Below the pieces are notes generated by a model. It did no database searches, had not been told where the DNA came from, and saw nothing but the letters and a program-made list of their open reading frames with translations. This document shows positions 46,688-56,969 of a DNA stretch of 64,000 nt, piece after piece; within the stretch, counting starts at the first letter, position 1, and each line of letters opens with the position of its first letter. A program made the position numbers and the translations under genes. This stretch comes from Escherichia coli (GTDB taxonomy: Bacteria; Pseudomonadota; Gammaproteobacteria; Enterobacterales; Enterobacteriaceae), in the NCBI RefSeq assembly GCF_036507355.1, contig NZ_AP027877.1; one strand, 5' to 3'.

Positions 46688-47506
46688 ATGTGTCAGGTAT
46701 TTGGTGTATCCAGGAGCGGTTATTACAACTGGGTACAGCATGAACCCTCAGACAGAAAACAAAGTGATGAGCGGCTAAAACTGGAGATTAAGGTGGCACA
46801 TATCCGCACTCGCGAAACATATGGAACCCGGCGGCTCCAGACGGAGCTGGCAGAGAATGGCATCATCGTTGGTCGTGACCGACTGGCACGTCTTCGTAAG
46901 GAGCTAAGGCTACGCTGTAAGCAGAAACGCAAGTTCAGAGCGACTACGAACTCGAACCACAATCTGCCAGTTGCGCCAAATCTGCTGAACCAGACGTTCG
47001 CTCCTACAGCACCAAATCAGGTCTGGGTGGCGGACCTGACGTATGTTGCCACACAGGAGGGATGGTTGTACCTCGCTGGCATCAAAGATGTTTATACGTG
47101 CGAAATTGTCGGCTACGCCATGGGAGAGCGCATGACAAAAGAGCTGACAGGTAAAGCCCTGTTTATGGCGCTCAGGAGCCAGCGCCCACCTGCCGGGCTA
47201 ATCCACCACTCTGATCGAGGTTCACAGTACTGCGCATACGATTACCGGGTCATACAGGAGCAGTTTGGTCTGAAAACATCAATGTCGCGTAAAGGTAACT
47301 GTTACGACAACGCTCCGATGGAAAGCTTCTGGGGAACGCTGAAAAATGAGAGCCTGAGCCACTATCGTTTTAATAACCGGGATGAAGCCATCTCAGTAAT
47401 ACGGGAATACATTGAGATTTTCTACAATCGTCAGCGTCGTCACTCTCGTCTGGGGAATATCTCCCCGGCAGCCTTCAGGGAAAAATATCATCAGATGGCT
47501 GCTTAA
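46688..47506 (+). CDS. IS3-family transposase OrfB, DDE integrase domain (IS600-like)
   Basis: ..WVADLTYVATQEGWLYLAGIKDVYTCEIVGYAM..HHSDRGSQYCAYDY.. Confidence 0.85.
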   Translation: MCQVFGVSRSGYYNWVQHEPSDRKQSDERLKLEIKVAHIRTRETYGTRRLQTELAENGIIVGRDRLARLRKELRLRCKQKRKFRATTNSNHNLPVAPNLLNQTFAPTAPNQVWVADLTYVATQEGWLYLAGIKDVYTCEIVGYAMGERMTKELTGKALFMALRSQRPPAGLIHHSDRGSQYCAYDYRVIQEQFGLKTSMSRKGNCYDNAPMESFWGTLKNESLSHYRFNNRDEAISVIREYIEIFYNRQRRHSRLGNISPAAFREKYHQMAA

Positions 47507-47530
47507 AAAAAGAATAAATGGTAGTGTCCG

Positions 47531-49237
47531 CTATTGCCAGTACACCTCAAATATTTCTGTATATCCCTCTCTGTCTGTTTCACCACGCGTCTGTGTGCCA
47601 TCCTCAAAAAAGGCAATATACTGCGTCTCTGAATACGGTATCCCGTCATCGTCCGTAAAATGGAACTGGAGGGTATATTTTTCAGGATCATCTTCATCGT
47701 CACCGCCATCACCTCCTCCGTCACTCCCTGCGGGATTGCCACTATCCTCTCCGGAGTCATCACTGCCATCATCACTGCTCTCATCCTCCGGAGCCTCCAG
47801 CACCGCCGGCTGCATCGTCCCCACCGGTGTCCCCGCACTGCCCCCACCGTTCAGGTTTATCTTCGGCCCGGCAATATCCACTCCGCCCGGCTGAATGACG
47901 ATAAACGAGCCACCCACCTTCAGGCTTATCCGGCTGCTGCTCTCCAGCACGATATCCCCGTCCACTTTTATCCCCAGCGCGCCACTCACCTTCTCCGCCA
48001 GGTCCCCCTTCACCACCAGGCTGTGTTTCCCCTCCACCAGACTGATATGGTTCCCCGTCGTCTTATGCTCCTGCTTCCCTTCCACCGTCACTTTACGGTC
48101 GTTTCTGACGTACAGACCGTCATCGTGACTCACGCTCACCGTCCGGTCATTCGTCACCTTCAGAGTCTGGTCATTACGTACCGTGATACGCCGGTCGTTC
48201 GCCACCGTGATACTCTGGTCGTGGCCCCCCTCTTTTTTTGTACCGACCTGAACCGTCTGACCCTTCACCACCGTTATCTTCTGGTCGTTACCGATGGTTT
48301 CCGTATGGTCATGTTTTACATCCGTTGTCCGGTCGTTGAGCACCTCCGTATCCATGTTCTTCTGCGCATGGATATACACCTGCTCATTACTGGTGGCGTC
48401 TTCAAACCGCAGCTCGTTAAATCCGCTTCCTTTATAGGTTTTTGACCGTATCGTCATCTGCGTCTTCGTTCCCGGCAGGTCGCCCGGGGAGCGGTTGTCC
48501 TCATGGTACGTCCGCCCCATGATTATCGGCTGGTCCGGGTCTCCGTTCAGAAAATCAACAATCACCTCCTGGCCCACCCGCGGTATCGCCAGATTACCGA
48601 ACCCCGGCCCCGCCCACGCCTGCGATACCCGCACCCAGCATGAACTCGCCTCCGTCATCCCGTGATAACGGTCCCAGTGGAACTTCACCCGTACCCGGCC
48701 ATGTTCATCGCAGAAGATTTCCTCTCCCGCAGGCCCGGTGACAATGGCACTCTGCGGCCCGTCCACCTTCGGTTTGCTTTGCAGCCGTGGACGCCACGTC
48801 CGGTCCGCCGGTATCACCTCTAACTGATTTCCCAGCGTGGTTCCTCTCCCTTGGCTGCCGTGCAGCGCCTGCGGCTGGCTTCCTGACAGTATGCTCTGTA
48901 CCACCTGCCATTCACGGTTCAGCATCTTCTGCGGATGCCCCGTCAGCGTAAACCGCGTTCCCGGCCACAGCCTCGGCGAATTACTCTGCCCTGTGGCCTT
49001 TTCCGCATCACTGCGCAGGCTCTCCATCTGGTACAGCGTGAAATCCTTGCCGTGCTGCTCATCCTTGAACCTTCCCGGATAATCAAATATTTCATACTGC
49101 GCCAGCTGTCCGTTCAGGTTCTCACCCTGCTGCTCATACATCCCCGGCCAGTCCGGCACCTTAAACGTGTAATCCTGGCTCTGCACCGACGACGGGCGGA
49201 CATGCGCCTCATACGCTACCGCCCGGGTTTCCGGCAT
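47531..49237 (-). pseudogene. vgrG: vgrG lacking ~270 N-terminal residues; 3' end runs into the IS600-like element
   Basis: Starts within the gp27-like region (..VRPSSVQSQDYTFKVPDWPG..), contains gp5 OB-fold segment (..VDGPQSAIVTGPAGEEIFCDEHGRVRVKFHWDR..) and Asp/Glu/Gly-rich C-terminal extension; last 6 codons are IS sequence. Confidence 0.8.
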
Positions 49238-49290
49238 CCGCCATCTCCCTCATGAAAGCGTAACTCCTTACTGACACTCATTTTTTACAC

Positions 49291-49330
49291 GTACAAAAAC
49301 AACATCCTGCACGAAGGCAGGATGTTGTTG
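49291..49330 (-). terminator. Intrinsic terminator downstream of hcp
   Basis: Minus-strand caacatcctgc-cttcgtg-caggatgttg followed by TTTTTGT. Confidence 0.6.
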
Positions 49331-49338
49331 ACTCAGAT

Positions 49339-49857
49339 TTATGCTTCCAGCGGTGCACGCCAGTCATCGGCACCAGAAGTACCGGATTTGATGTGCTCCC
49401 ACTCAACCTTACGGTATGCCAGTGATACTGCGAGCAATTGCGTAAACTCACGCTGTGCAGGGTCCTGGCAGTGCGGCATGTGCAGGTTCATGTCCACAAT
49501 CGTCGCGTCAGTAAGACGTGTGGTGAAGTAGTGCTCCTGCTTGCCTTCAACTGAAGTACGCCACCAGTGCAGCTCCACTTTCGGCAGCATTTCACCGGAG
49601 GCCAGCGCGTTGTACAGCAGCGGAACGGCTTTGTTCAGCGCCACGGTGAAAATGAACGGTTTGTGCGCGCGCTGCCCGGAAGGTTGACCAGACTGTGGAT
49701 CGGTTGGAACAGTAACGTTATGCAGAAACTCCTGCACCAGCATTTCATCTTCGTGTCCCTGCACGTAGATATTGCCGACAGAATCTGCGGTGAAAGCACC
49801 GGCAGTGATGTTCCCCTGGGTCTGACCTGTAATTGAAATGTAACATGGGGTTGGCAT
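49339..49857 (-). CDS. hcp: T6SS tube protein Hcp (172 aa)
   Basis: MPTPCYISITGQTQGNITAGAFTADSVGNIYVQGHEDEMLV..HKPFIFTVALNKAVPLLYNAL.. Confidence 0.9.
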   Translation of the reverse strand: MPTPCYISITGQTQGNITAGAFTADSVGNIYVQGHEDEMLVQEFLHNVTVPTDPQSGQPSGQRAHKPFIFTVALNKAVPLLYNALASGEMLPKVELHWWRTSVEGKQEHYFTTRLTDATIVDMNLHMPHCQDPAQREFTQLLAVSLAYRKVEWEHIKSGTSGADDWRAPLEA

Positions 49858-50559
49858 TTATGAACTCCTTGTGAAATTATCAACTGCTGTTTTACGAACA
49901 ACCCGTCGTTAATCCCCGACGGGTTAGAGTGTGATGCGGCTCACATCAGGAACCACACCCTTTTCTTTATTCGAGTTACAGGCACACGTAATTAGCACCT
50001 ACTGAAAAACTCTTTTATGGTGTTTAAATATATTTTTAGTCAATTTCAGAACACGGTCACATAAGCTAAAAATATATCAACTTCAACAGCAGAATTATCC
50101 ATAACGTATCTTCCCCCCCATAAAAATCCACAGCCGCGTCAAAAACAAATTATTACGACACTTACTCCGCCATCGTTCCAGCACGCAATTAAGATATTCC
50201 TTAAAGGAATTCCTTATGATGTATTGCCAGCAATTAATTAATTGATAAAACCATACATAAAACTTATTAATCAATTTAATAAATGCATATAAATCAATAT
50301 ATTATTGTATTTGATTGACCGTAAAATCATATTCATCAAGTCTATAAATACCAAAATCTATTTCACTATAATATATTAGCAAGGAAGAATGCATCTCTTT
50401 CTAAAATATAAATAGTTCTTTTAATATTTTATTTCATGAGTAGAATACTGATCACAACAGAAGGAAGGTTACATTATCTAACTGCCACTGAAACGGTATC
50501 TTCGGTATTTTTATGCAGTACGAAAATGCTGTGCTCATGGTCTGAACGGGAACATTTTT

Positions 50560-50715
50560 ATGAGCAAAATGAACAACAATGGCGGCAGTGTCGCGCCGAA
50601 AGAAAGAATCAGCGTTCGGTATACACCAAAAGTTGATGGGGTGGCTGCTGATATCGAATTGCCGCTGAATTTATTGATCACCGGCAATCTGAAAGGGAAA
50701 CCAGATAACACGCCG
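50560..50715 (+). pseudogene. tssB: tssB (sheath small subunit) 5' stub, ~52 codons, cut by IS3-family element
   Basis: MSKMNNNGGSVAPKERISVRYTPKVDGVAADIELPLNLLITGNLKGKPDNTP then IS terminus; TssB N-terminal pattern; too short for the ORF track. Confidence 0.55.
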
Positions 50716-50772
50716 TGAATCGCCACGGGTTTAACAGACACCTCAGAGTCATTTAAGATGGCTTAAAGAGAG

Positions 50773-51057
50773 GTGCCCATGAGCGGTAAGCGTTATCCCG
50801 AAGAGTTTAAAATTGAAGCAGTCAAACAGGTTGTTGATCGCGGTTATTCTGTTGCCAGCGTTGCAACACGTCTCGATATCACCACCCACAGCCTTTACGC
50901 CTGGATAAAGAAGTACGGTCCGGATTCTTCCGCTAATAAAGAACAGTCAGATGCTCAGGCCGAGATCCGCCGTCTCCAGAAAGAGCTGAAGCGGGTTACC
51001 GACGAACGGGACATATTAAAAAAAGCCGCGGCGTACTTCGCAAAGCTGTCCGACTGA
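50773..51057 (+). CDS. IS3-family transposase OrfA
   Basis: MPMSGKRYPEEFKIEAVKQVVDRGYSVASVATRLDITTHSLYAWIKKY.. Confidence 0.85.
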   Translation: MPMSGKRYPEEFKIEAVKQVVDRGYSVASVATRLDITTHSLYAWIKKYGPDSSANKEQSDAQAEIRRLQKELKRVTDERDILKKAAAYFAKLSD

Positions 51058-51113
51058 GGTACGCCTTTATCCGTGACAACACCTGTTGCTGGCCTGTTCG
51101 CCTGCTCTGTCGG

Positions 51114-51926
51114 GTGCTGGATGTTCATCCCAGTGGTTTTTACGCCTGGCTTCAGCAGCCGCATTCACAACGCCATCAGGCAGACCTGAGGCTGACAGGG
51201 CAGATTAAACAGTTCTGGCTGGAATCGGGATGCGTCTATGGTTATCGCAAAATCCATCTGGATCTGCGGGACAGCGGGCAACAGTGCGGAGTGAACAGAG
51301 TCTGGCGACTGATGAAACGTGTCGGGATAAAGGCTCAGGTCGGATACCGGAGCCCGCGGGCACGTAAAGGCGAGGCCAGTATCGTGTCGCCCAACAGGCT
51401 CCAGCGACAGTTCAATCCGGATGCTCCGGATAAGCGTTGGGTAACGGACATAACCTACATCAGGACCCACGAAGGCTGGCTGTATCTTGCCGTGGTTGTT
51501 GATCTGTTCTCACGCAAAATTATCGGCTGGTCCATGCAATCCCGGATGACAAAGGACATTGTCCTGAACGCACTGCTGATGGCTGTATGGCGCCGTAATC
51601 CCCAAAAACAGGTGCTGGTTCATTCGGATCAGGGCAGTCAGTACACAAGCCATGAGTGGCAGTCGTTCCTGAAATCACACGGCCTGGATGGCAGCATGAG
51701 CCGTCGCGGTAACTGCCATGATAATGCGGTTGCAGAAAGCTTTTTCCAGTTGTTGAAACGCGAACGGATAAAGAAAAAGATCTACGGAACGCGGGAAGAA
51801 GCCCGCAGCGATATTTTTGATTACATCGAAATGTTTTATAACAGTAAGCGTCGGCATGGTTCCAGCGATCAGATGTCACCGACAGAATATGAAAACCAGT
51901 ATTATCAACGGCTCGGAAGTGTCTAG
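51114..51926 (+). CDS. IS3-family transposase OrfB (DDE integrase domain)
   Basis: ..WVTDITYIRTHEGWLYLAVVVDLFSRKIIGWSM..VHSDQGSQYTSHEW.. Confidence 0.85.
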   Translation: MLDVHPSGFYAWLQQPHSQRHQADLRLTGQIKQFWLESGCVYGYRKIHLDLRDSGQQCGVNRVWRLMKRVGIKAQVGYRSPRARKGEASIVSPNRLQRQFNPDAPDKRWVTDITYIRTHEGWLYLAVVVDLFSRKIIGWSMQSRMTKDIVLNALLMAVWRRNPQKQVLVHSDQGSQYTSHEWQSFLKSHGLDGSMSRRGNCHDNAVAESFFQLLKRERIKKKIYGTREEARSDIFDYIEMFYNSKRRHGSSDQMSPTEYENQYYQRLGSV

Positions 51927-52198
51927 ATTATCCGTGGCGATTCAGTTGTCAAGCAGATAGAAGCCATCTAGGTCAGGGGGAATGACTAGGAATTACTCCC
52001 CAAGGGTAGCGTACGTCTACACACATCAAATTACCTCCCGGACAGGGACATAGTAGAAATATTGTGTATTGCAATTATGGATACTGTCATCGTCTAGGTA
52101 GTTCGCCAGCTTTATAGTGTTTTACTGAATTTGGCCACCTGAGCAGAGGTGATATGGGAGAGTGATTTTCATACGCTCTCGTATGGTTTCCGGCCTGA

Positions 52199-52426
52199 AT
52201 GCAGTGTTCATCACGCGATCCGCACGGTGAAATTACAGCTCACAGACTGTGGGGAAACCCGGGGCGCTGGGTGATTGAAGACGACCTGTCCAGTTACTTC
52301 GACACCGTACACCATCGACTGCTGATGAAAGCCGTACGCCGCAGGATCAGTGACGCACGTTTTATGGCCCTCCTGTGGAAAACCATCAAGGCGGGCACAT
52401 CGAGGTCGGTCTCTTTCGGGCGGTAA
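52199..52426 (+). pseudogene. Reverse transcriptase fragment (ykfC-like)
   Basis: ..VIEDDLSSYFDTVHHRLLMKAVRRRISDARFMALLWKTIKAG.. resembles RT finger/palm motifs; no continuation. Confidence 0.45.
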
Positions 52427-52429
52427 GTG

Positions 52430-52684
52430 ACGCCGCGCCAGCTGACGTTGCCACGAATATTCGCCAATACGCTGCCAGACTTCGGTATGAAAGCGCAGAA
52501 TCAATGACCGGTAATCGGCCATGCTTTCGCGGTACGGCAGCGTCAACGTAAAGCAGAACACCACGAGTCGTGGGTAATGGTCAACGGCCTGTTGCAGAAA
52601 GGCTCGTGTATTTGTCGTGTCAGTCGAATTGCCGGAGACGATGGAGGGAGAATAAGGATTCATAACGGCGCTCTCAATGAACAC
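52430..52684 (-). pseudogene. Inovirus Gp2-family protein, N-terminal fragment
   Basis: ..AFLQQAVDHYPRLVVFCFTLTLPYRE.. resembles the N-terminus of Gp2-family proteins of CP4-type islands; remainder of the track ORF is antisense to the RT fragment. Confidence 0.4.
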
Positions 52685-52888
52685 TGGTGTGATGGACAGG
52701 AGTGTGATGTTGCAGGTGTGCTGCTCATCATCGATCCCATATCATTACGTTCGCTCACTAAGACGGAGTGCCTTTCGTCATTTAACCTGTCACAATCCAA
52801 ATAATTTCAGACAGATATTATCTCCGTGAATCCCCCGCCTCCTTAACCGGAGCGCGGGGATTTTTCTTTTTCACGTTGAGAACTCTGT

Positions 52889-53771
52889 ATGACTAAACCT
52901 CACGGCCTTCAGGCCCTTGAACAACCGCTGGCGTCGCTTCCCGATGCGCTTCGCCAGCTTATTCTTGAACGTATTCAGAATCTCACCCACTATGAGCCGG
53001 TGATTGGTATCATGGGCAAAAGCGGTGCCGGTAAGTCTTCGCTCTGTAACGAACTCTTCCGGGGTGAGGTCTCCCCCGTCAGTGATGTGAACGCCTGTAC
53101 CCGTGAAGTGCTGCGCTTCCGGCTGCGCAGCGGGCGTCACAGTCTGGTGATTGTTGATTTACCGGGTGTGGGAGAAAACGGGCAACGGGACCATGAATAC
53201 CGTGCCCTGTACCGGCGTATGCTGCCGGAACTGGACCTGGTTCTGTGGGTCATTAAGTCCGATGACCGGGCGCTGTCGGTGGACGAGCAGTTCTGGCGCG
53301 GTGTGATGCAGCCTTACCAGCAGCAGGTGGTGTTCGTGATTAACCAGGCCGACAAAATAGAACCCAGCCATGAATGGGATACCCGTTCTGGTACTCCCTC
53401 AGCACAGCAACAGAAAAATCTTCAGGAAAAGCAGGTTGCCATTACCACGATGTTTAAGCCACATCACCCGGTCTGCGTGGTATCCGCATGTACCGGATGG
53501 GGCGTGGAGGATATGGTAGCAACCATGATGCGCTGTCTGCCGGACCGCGCCACCAGCCCAGTAGCGACACAGTTGCACGGGAGGCTCTGCACGGAGCCGG
53601 TAAAGTCGCAGGCCCGTGACGGCTTCGGTGAGGCGGTGGGGCGGTGGGGCGGGTGTTCGATACGGCAGAATCATCGTTATTCCTGCCTGCGCCGCTGAAG
53701 ACGGTGATACGTACCGTGCGTGATGCTGTGGTGTCTGTAGCCCGCGCGGTCTGGGACTGGATCTTCTTCTG
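52889..53771 (+). pseudogene. YeeP/YfjP-family GTPase with 3' frameshift from an 8-bp tandem duplication
   Basis: P-loop GKSGAGKSSLCN; cggtgggg repeated in tandem at 53634..53649; removing one copy restores ..GEAVGRVFDTAESSLFLPAPLKTVIRTVRDAVVSVARAVWDWIFF. Confidence 0.65.
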
Positions 53772-54032
53772 AATGAGTAAAAGGTCATCAGGACTGTAGT
53801 GAATGACTCTGTTTATTCACCGCCTGGTAGATGATTATTTCCAGGCAGACATAACCTGTCCTGACCAGCAAAAGATACCACCAGTCATAAGCGCGTCACC
53901 ACTGCCGACGTTGCATCCACACAGTCTTCTTGCACCAGGCGTTTCGCTACGTATGACGGACACAACCTGTCAGTCCCATCCTTTACAGTAATACCTTCTT
54001 TATTAATCAATTACCCAACACGGAGATAATAC

Positions 54033-54736
54033 ATGTCTCAGGCTGAGCGTCGTTATGACCGCCTGTCTGTCCGGCTTTCTCTAATTATCAGCCGTCTGCT
54101 CGCGGGTGAAACGCTGAATATGCGCAAACTGGCCGCTGAGTTTGGCATCTCGGAGCGTACCCTACATCGTGATTTCCGCGAGCGTCTGATTTATCTCGAC
54201 CTCGAATATCAGGATGGCTGCTGCCGTCTGCTGACCGGAGGCCGTCAGGAGATTCGGGAGGAGGCCGCAATGCAGTTTGCCCGTCAGTCAGGCACTGGCG
54301 CGTTGTTTCCTGATATGGACCACCATCTGGTCAATTCATTGCTGAGCAGCAAGGACTCCTCGCCATGTCTTATCTGGCATCCGTAACGTCTTCCCGCCCA
54401 GGCATCTTCACACGACTGGTCAGGGCGGTATCAGAAAACAGGAAGGTAACCCTGCTGGCTGACGGATGCCGTTGCGACAACCTTGCCCCCTACCGACTGA
54501 TTTTCAGCACCGGTGGGTGGTTTCTGGTGGGGGAACACCTTGCCCGGATAACCGTTTTTGCACTGCACACAGTTCACTCCGTGACGTTTCACGCGGAAAC
54601 CTTCACACCAGACGGACATTTCACCCGCATTCTGTCACACCCGGATTTTTTACAGGCGTTACCTCATTTTCATGTTTTTCATTCACTACTCGCTGACGGC
54701 AGTTACGGGCAGCTTACCCATAAGGAACAGGCATGA
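54033..54736 (+). pseudogene. YfjR-like HTH/WYL transcriptional regulator split into two overlapping ORFs by a frameshift
   Basis: ORF 54033..54386 carries the HTH (..[20 protein letters not shown]..); ORF 54365..54736 carries a WYL-like segment (..APYRLIFSTGGWFLVG..); combined length ~233 codons. Confidence 0.55.
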
Positions 54737-55368
54737 AATTACTCACCTCGGCGGCGCTGGCCGCCAGCCTCTGCATTACCTCTGTGACCCCGGCCATCGC
54801 AGAAAATATCGTGGGTTCAGTTAAGGCCTGGCAGTACATGCAGGCTGATGGCTGGAAATCCGCTGATGGATACGATGATAACCGCATGCATAACGAGTTA
54901 TACCAGGCGGTCGTTCTTGATAATTATCCCTGGACGAATCACTTTCTGCTTCGTAGCAGAGGCGGTAGTTCGCTTTATCTGGCAGACAAGAAAGCTAAAA
55001 CTGTCAAATACATCGATATAAAACCTCGCGACGAGTATCCGTTACATCTTCAGGTTGTTTATCGGGGAATTGATGACGGGAGTGGCTGTTATTTCGCCAT
55101 TGTAGATGACCGAATGGCAAACTACTGGACGATTGTTGAAGATCGTCTTCTCTATCAGGACCCACCTGTTGAAGACGTCGATGCGAAAGCAGCTGAGCTT
55201 AGAAAACAACTCACGCCGGAAGTCGTGATGATGGTGAAGGATAATTGTATTGACAAACAGCAGCAGGCTGCACTGGCAGCTAAGCGTTCTGAAAAAGATC
55301 GAGAGTTGCAACAGTGGGTGGCGAAACAGAGCCTGGCGGAATTATGTCGTCGTACCGGCAACTGCTGA
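54733..55368 (+). CDS. Secreted protein of unknown function (211 aa)
   Basis: Signal peptide MKLLTSAALAASLCITSVTPAIA. Confidence 0.5.
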   Translation: MKLLTSAALAASLCITSVTPAIAENIVGSVKAWQYMQADGWKSADGYDDNRMHNELYQAVVLDNYPWTNHFLLRSRGGSSLYLADKKAKTVKYIDIKPRDEYPLHLQVVYRGIDDGSGCYFAIVDDRMANYWTIVEDRLLYQDPPVEDVDAKAAELRKQLTPEVVMMVKDNCIDKQQQAALAAKRSEKDRELQQWVAKQSLAELCRRTGNC

Positions 55369-55403
55369 CCCGCTGAAAACAACCATAACAGGGAGTTTTT
55401 AAC

Positions 55404-55856
55404 ATGAATATATTTACTACGCGTCTGACGACCTCTCTGGTGGTCATCGGCACTCTGCTGCTCTCCGGCTGCGACAGCAAGGAAGATGCAGGCGTGAAGA
55501 CGATTGCCCGATTTAAGGACCTGACTCCGCCGCCCTTCAGCGACGTGGTGGCGCATAAATCCGATATCGAGCAGGAATGGGTAAAAAAGGATGCCTTCGG
55601 CACACCGCTATACACGGTAATGAAAACTCGCCAGTCGCCGGAAGGCTGTGAGTCCGGCAGTTATTACTACATTGCTGATATGCAGCAGAAAACGGTGCAG
55701 CCGCTGATAGCCGCCCTGTGTCTCGCGGACAATATTACTCTGAGCTTCCGGATCGAGACCGACAGCTACACGGGTGAGAAATCGGTGGTGTATTCGCACG
55801 ATGGCAAGGAAATGGGGAAACTCTTGCTGCCGGATAACCAGGAGAACCATCCATGA
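55404..55856 (+). CDS. YfjS/YafY-family lipoprotein (150 aa)
   Basis: Lipobox LLLSGC; C-terminal half parallels the fragment at 12980..13235. Confidence 0.65.
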   Translation: MNIFTTRLTTSLVVIGTLLLSGCDSKEDAGVKTIARFKDLTPPPFSDVVAHKSDIEQEWVKKDAFGTPLYTVMKTRQSPEGCESGSYYYIADMQQKTVQPLIAALCLADNITLSFRIETDSYTGEKSVVYSHDGKEMGKLLLPDNQENHP

Positions 55857-56305
55857 AGAAGCTGAAAGGTGTTATCTCTGCTGCAGTCCTGAGTCTGTAT
55901 TTGCTGACACCGGCCCATGCTGATGGCGGTTTTCAGGGTGCCATCAAAGGCGGCATTCCGGCCTACACCCGCGATGTAAAACACAACAACCCCTTCTGGT
56001 GTAACCAGTACAAACTGGTGAGAAAGATGTGTGAAGTGGTTTCGCAATCGGAAAATGGGCGCGTTGCCATTGTCAGAATGGTCCCCACCGACTGGAAATG
56101 CCCCAACGGTATCTGGGGTGTGGTTGACCGTTCTAATGGTGACGCCATGGAGTTGGTCCCGACGGCGAAAATGTCCCTGGAGCAGTACTGCAGCAAGGCA
56201 TTCAGTGCAGGTTTTGTCAAACCACAGAACAGGAAATCACTGGCCGACGTCGTGATGTACTACAACGGCAAGCCAGTCGGTTCTTTCGAATACATTGAAG
56301 AGTGA
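55853..56305 (+). CDS. Secreted Cys-containing protein of unknown function (150 aa)
   Basis: Signal peptide MKKLKGVISAAVLSLYLLTPAHA. Confidence 0.55.
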   Translation: MKKLKGVISAAVLSLYLLTPAHADGGFQGAIKGGIPAYTRDVKHNNPFWCNQYKLVRKMCEVVSQSENGRVAIVRMVPTDWKCPNGIWGVVDRSNGDAMELVPTAKMSLEQYCSKAFSAGFVKPQNRKSLADVVMYYNGKPVGSFEYIEE

Positions 56306-56367
56306 ACTCCCCGCCTCAGGGAGAAGCTTCCCGTATTCATTTAACACATTAAAAATAAAGGAAAAGA

Positions 56368-56910
56368 ATGAACTGGCATTATGAGAAAAATGGCGTGCGT
56401 CACGACAATGTGACCGAAGCCGACATAACCGAACGTATTCAGCGCGGGGAGCTGAATGCCTCAACGCTGGTATGGCAACAGGGCATGACGGAATGGCAGC
56501 CGCTGTCAGCCACGCCGCTGGCAGATGTCCTGAAACAATGTGCGGTTCCCCCCGCGCTGCCCGGCAATCGTATCCCCGGAAGCATGGTCTGGACGCTGGC
56601 CTTTGCGCCCCTGATTGGGTATGCCCTGGAGATGTGGACGGCCGGGCTGAGCGGAATGGAATTTGAAGAGGCGTATGCCGCCGTGACGGAGGGGCAATAC
56701 TGGTTTATCACACTGATACTGAATATTGCGCTGGGGTATCTGGATGAACGACGGCTCCGTAAATCCGGCGTTGATACCGCCGCCTTTGGCTGGCTGGCCT
56801 GGCTGGTTCCGTTTTATCTGTGGCGTCGGGCAAAAGCCCTCGGACAGAAACCGGCTTACTTCTGGGTCTGGCTGGTCACGCTGACAGTGACAGTCCTGGG
56901 CGCAGGATAA
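56368..56910 (+). CDS. GYF/DUF4339-like N-terminal domain fused to a multi-pass membrane region (180 aa)
   Basis: ..LVWQQGMTEWQPLSATPLADVL.. followed by hydrophobic helices. Confidence 0.45.
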   Translation: MNWHYEKNGVRHDNVTEADITERIQRGELNASTLVWQQGMTEWQPLSATPLADVLKQCAVPPALPGNRIPGSMVWTLAFAPLIGYALEMWTAGLSGMEFEEAYAAVTEGQYWFITLILNIALGYLDERRLRKSGVDTAAFGWLAWLVPFYLWRRAKALGQKPAYFWVWLVTLTVTVLGAG

Positions 56911-56969
56911 CCGGCATCAGCGCTGTCCGGCCCGGATGAGCAGGCAAGTTAAATCAAGGAACAATATCA

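Larger units (their letters stand above)
46286..47549 (+). mobile_element. IS600-like IS3-family insertion sequence (~1264 bp)
   Basis: Terminal TGAGGTAGCCTGAG.. at 46286 and ..CCTCA at 47549; orfA 46350..46652 and orfB 46688..47506 with A7 slippery site. Confidence 0.8.
50716..51944 (+). mobile_element. IS3-family insertion sequence (~1229 bp), not the K-12 IS3 allele
   Basis: Termini TGAATCGCCACGG (50716) and CCGTGGCGATTCA (ends 51944); orfA/orfB with A7 slippery site; flanking 3 bp differ (ccg vs gtt). Confidence 0.8.

Noticed and set aside
47660-48445. 261-aa plus-strand ORF
   Set aside because: Antisense to vgrG
47531-50715. Functional type VI secretion system
   Set aside because: Only hcp is intact; vgrG is N-truncated, tssB is a stub and no other core genes are present in the window
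52871-53140. 89-aa minus-strand ORF
   Set aside because: Antisense to the YeeP-like GTPase gene
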